From: Dehalococcoidia bacterium
GTDB taxonomy: Bacteria; Chloroflexota; Dehalococcoidia; DSTF01; JACRBR01
DNA length: 37,297 nucleotides
Direction of reading: 5' to 3'
Assembly (NCBI GenBank): GCA_041494685.1
Contig: JBGQBE010000028.1
Span: forward strand, 1 to 37,297
The position numbers and the translations under genes are program-made. The notes under the pieces were generated by a model that worked only from the letters and a program-made list of their open reading frames with translations, made no database searches and was not told where the DNA came from. Below are positions 35,095 through 37,297 of this stretch, one piece after another. Position 1 is the first letter of the stretch; each line of letters starts with the position of its first letter.

Positions 35095-36077
35095 TTCGTC
35101 AACACGATCCTGTGGATCTGCTGGTCCTTGCCGCCGAGGTCGTACTTGTAGTTCTCATCGCCACGCAAGAAATCTACGCAGGAGCGGCCGGATTCGATGG
35201 CGTCCTTGATCAGCAGGGTCTTGGACATCAGCCCGACGGCGTAGTGCGAATAGGCGGGGTCGTAGCCACTATTGTACATGTACAGCTGCCCCCCCACGTC
35301 AAAGTTCAGCACCGAGGCCACAGCTTCGCCGTCGAACGTCAGGAAGTAGAAGCGGAGCAGGCCCTCGGCCGCCATGTCGTGCGTCATCTCCCGGAAGAAC
35401 GCCTCCATCCCGGGCCGGTCCAGGAACTCCTCCTTGTGGTGCGAGCTGATCCGCATCAGGTGGAAGAGCGTGTCAAGCATCGCGTCGGCTTCGGCAGCCT
35501 CCGTCACCACCTTCAGCCGCACGTCGCCGCCGGCGCTGTCCAGCCGCCGCAGCTTCCGCCGCAACTCGTGCCGGTCCTTCTTGGAAAGCGTCCCCAGGTA
35601 CGCTTCCCAGTCGTCCGGCAGCTCCACGCTGGGCGACAGCGCTTCGTCCTCCAGCTCCGCGCGGTACCCCAGCGCGCCCGCGGCCGCCTGCGCGGCGGCC
35701 AGCGTCGGCGACGACGGGCGCAGGCCGCGCAGGTCGATCGTCGCCGCGCCGCCGGCGGCCAGCCGCTCGAACACCGCCGGGAAGAACGCCGCCTCGAAGC
35801 CGGGTGCCACGACCACGTCCATGTAGTCGCAGATCGAGTAGTGTCCGACGAGTTCGACGCGGTCGCCGTCGCAGAGAAACGGCGCGACGCCGACCAGCCG
35901 CTCGCCATCGCGCGCCGTGAGCACCTTGAGGGTGCGGCCGTCCTGGAAGTGCTTGAGCCACACCTGCTGCCACGCCGGCGTGACGAACGGCACGGGCGCT
36001 TCGCACCCGGCGATCAGCCCCTCCCATTCGGCGCGCACGCGCTCGAAGGGCTCGTCGTGCAGTGTCAGCGCCGTCAC
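35091..36077 (-). CDS. GNAT-fold acyltransferase (CelD/BcsL-like)
   Basis: Motifs [26 protein letters not shown] and [15 protein letters not shown] and ATGA overlaps at both ends. Confidence 0.85.
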   Translation of the reverse strand: MTALTLHDEPFERVRAEWEGLIAGCEAPVPFVTPAWQQVWLKHFQDGRTLKVLTARDGERLVGVAPFLCDGDRVELVGHYSICDYMDVVVAPGFEAAFFPAVFERLAAGGAATIDLRGLRPSSPTLAAAQAAAGALGYRAELEDEALSPSVELPDDWEAYLGTLSKKDRHELRRKLRRLDSAGGDVRLKVVTEAAEADAMLDTLFHLMRISSHHKEEFLDRPGMEAFFREMTHDMAAEGLLRFYFLTFDGEAVASVLNFDVGGQLYMYNSGYDPAYSHYAVGLMSKTLLIKDAIESGRSCVDFLRGDENYKYDLGGKDQQIHRIVLTK

Positions 36078-36676
36078 GAGCCGCGCACCAGCGAGAGAAA
36101 CTCCGCCCGGGTCATCTGGTTCTGCCGGAACAGCCCCCGCGTGGCCGATGTCACCATGCGGCTGCCGGGCTTCTTCACGCCGCGCTGCGTCATGCACAGA
36201 TGCTCCGCTTCTATCACCACCGCCACGCCGTCCGGGCGCAGCGTCTCCATCAGCGCGTCCGCCACCTGGCCCGTCAGGCGCTCCTGCAGCTGCGGCCGCC
36301 GGGCGTAGCCCTCGACCAGCCGCGCCAGCTTGCTCACGCCCACCACGCGCCCGTCCGGGATGTAGCCCACCGCCGCGGTGCCGTGGAACGGCATGAAGTG
36401 GTGCTCGCAGACGCTGTAGAACGGGATGTCGCGCAGGATCACCATCTCGTCGTGACCCGCCTCGAAGCCGACCTTCAGGTACTGGGTGGGGTCGATGCGC
36501 AGCCCCTCGAACAGCTCCGCGTACATCCGCGCGACCCGTGCCGGGGTATCCGCCAGCCCTTCGCGCGCCGGGTCCTCGCCGACCGCCTCGATGATCTCGC
36601 GCACGGCCCGCTCGATGCGGACGAGGCTGTCGTTCGATAGCGGGTCAAGCGAGCGATGGATTCCGTCTATGGTCAT
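36074..36676 (-). CDS. folE: GTP cyclohydrolase I
   Basis: Motifs [36 protein letters not shown] and HLCMTQRGV. Confidence 0.96.
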   Translation of the reverse strand: MTIDGIHRSLDPLSNDSLVRIERAVREIIEAVGEDPAREGLADTPARVARMYAELFEGLRIDPTQYLKVGFEAGHDEMVILRDIPFYSVCEHHFMPFHGTAAVGYIPDGRVVGVSKLARLVEGYARRPQLQERLTGQVADALMETLRPDGVAVVIEAEHLCMTQRGVKKPGSRMVTSATRGLFRQNQMTRAEFLSLVRGS

Positions 36677-36841
36677 ATGCACCGCCGGGCAGCGTGAGGG
36701 GGGGTGGGGCAACGGTTCGTGCGCTTGCAGAAATGCTAACAGTGGCGTCTTGCGGGGGTCAAACGAGGGGGACGGGGGGATACACAGAGAATCACCTGAG
36801 GGCGCAGAGGGAGACGATTGGGTACGTGATGCGGTACCGAA

Positions 36842-36898
36842 TTTTTCGTTATGTTTTGCGATTCGAATCTGGCGGTGTACCTGTTTTGTAATTTCGAC
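36842..36898. repeat. 57-bp AT-rich dispersed element, copy B
   Basis: 53/57 identical to 7796-7852. Confidence 0.9.
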
Positions 36899-37297
36899 CT
36901 TTCCGGGGCCTCGCGCGCGGCTGGCCGAAGGCTGCGGGGGAGTTTGCTCGGCACTTTTCGGGTTTTCGGCGCGGACGCGGTGGTTGGTGGTCATGCCGTG
37001 CGATCCGTTCGTGTGCGATGTCGCGGAGGCGCGCGGACGCGGCGTCTCCCGCTGGCAGCATGCTAGGCGTGCGCGTAGGGGAACTCCAAGCGGGGCGTGT
37101 CAGCTGGGGCCGCGGTGGGGGTGCGCCGAGCGGTGGCGTAGTCGAACGTGGCGATCGGCTGCATGGTGGGCTTCTCTCTATTGCCGCCGCATGTCGATGA
37201 TGCGGCAGCGTCCGGTATGGTGGCGACATGGCTGACGACGGCACGCAGCATCCGGAAGGGCCGCGCACGTTCGCCACGGCGCTGCGCGACGCTTCGC

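Noticed and set aside
7796..36898. 57-bp repeat pair as CRISPR repeats or prophage att sites
   Set aside because: No array or cas genes; the interval holds essential genes such as tuf and ribosomal proteins, and no integrase is present.
36677..36994. Apparent 106-aa N-terminal extension of FolE
   Set aside because: It runs through the AT-rich repeat and low-complexity sequence, and an extended -10 (TGtTAGCAT, about 36733-36741) lies inside it, so ATG 36676 is preferred.

Overview
GC-rich bacterial chromosomal segment, most likely from a peptidoglycan-bearing Chloroflexota (Dehalococcoidia-like) organism. This placement is an inference from gene content and gene order. The window is mostly housekeeping. 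In order it holds glnII, an enoyl-CoA hydratase, csrA divergent from a winged-HTH regulator, a cupredoxin lipoprotein divergent from a DtxR-family regulator-tsaA-kinase run, dapB and a cysteine synthase. Next come two tRNA-Thr genes and tuf-rpmG-secE-nusG-rplK-rplA-rplJ-rplL, which is not followed by rpoB. After that lie a Zn-finger/TM/LysM protein, a family-5 ABC importer lacking ATPases, speB, a DinB protein, alr, a TIGR03960-type radical SAM protein, a Gly-rich zinc-ribbon protein, an LLM oxidoreductase, rimI, a TPR-Slt lipoprotein, a P450, a cohesin/LPxAG surface protein, an A-type Fe-S carrier and a coupled folE-GNAT-mshA-like operon. No CRISPR array, rRNA, integrase or transposase was seen. 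The most notable unexplained signals are: (1) a 57-bp AT-rich element present twice about 29 kb apart, one copy lying downstream of a promoter with a LexA-like box; (2) a GGA-rich csrA leader with a palindromic operator; (3) the folE-GNAT-mshA operon; (4) a tRNA-Tyr-like minihelix between the two tRNA-Thr genes; (5) several apparently leaderless genes; (6) families of intergenic heptamer repeats.
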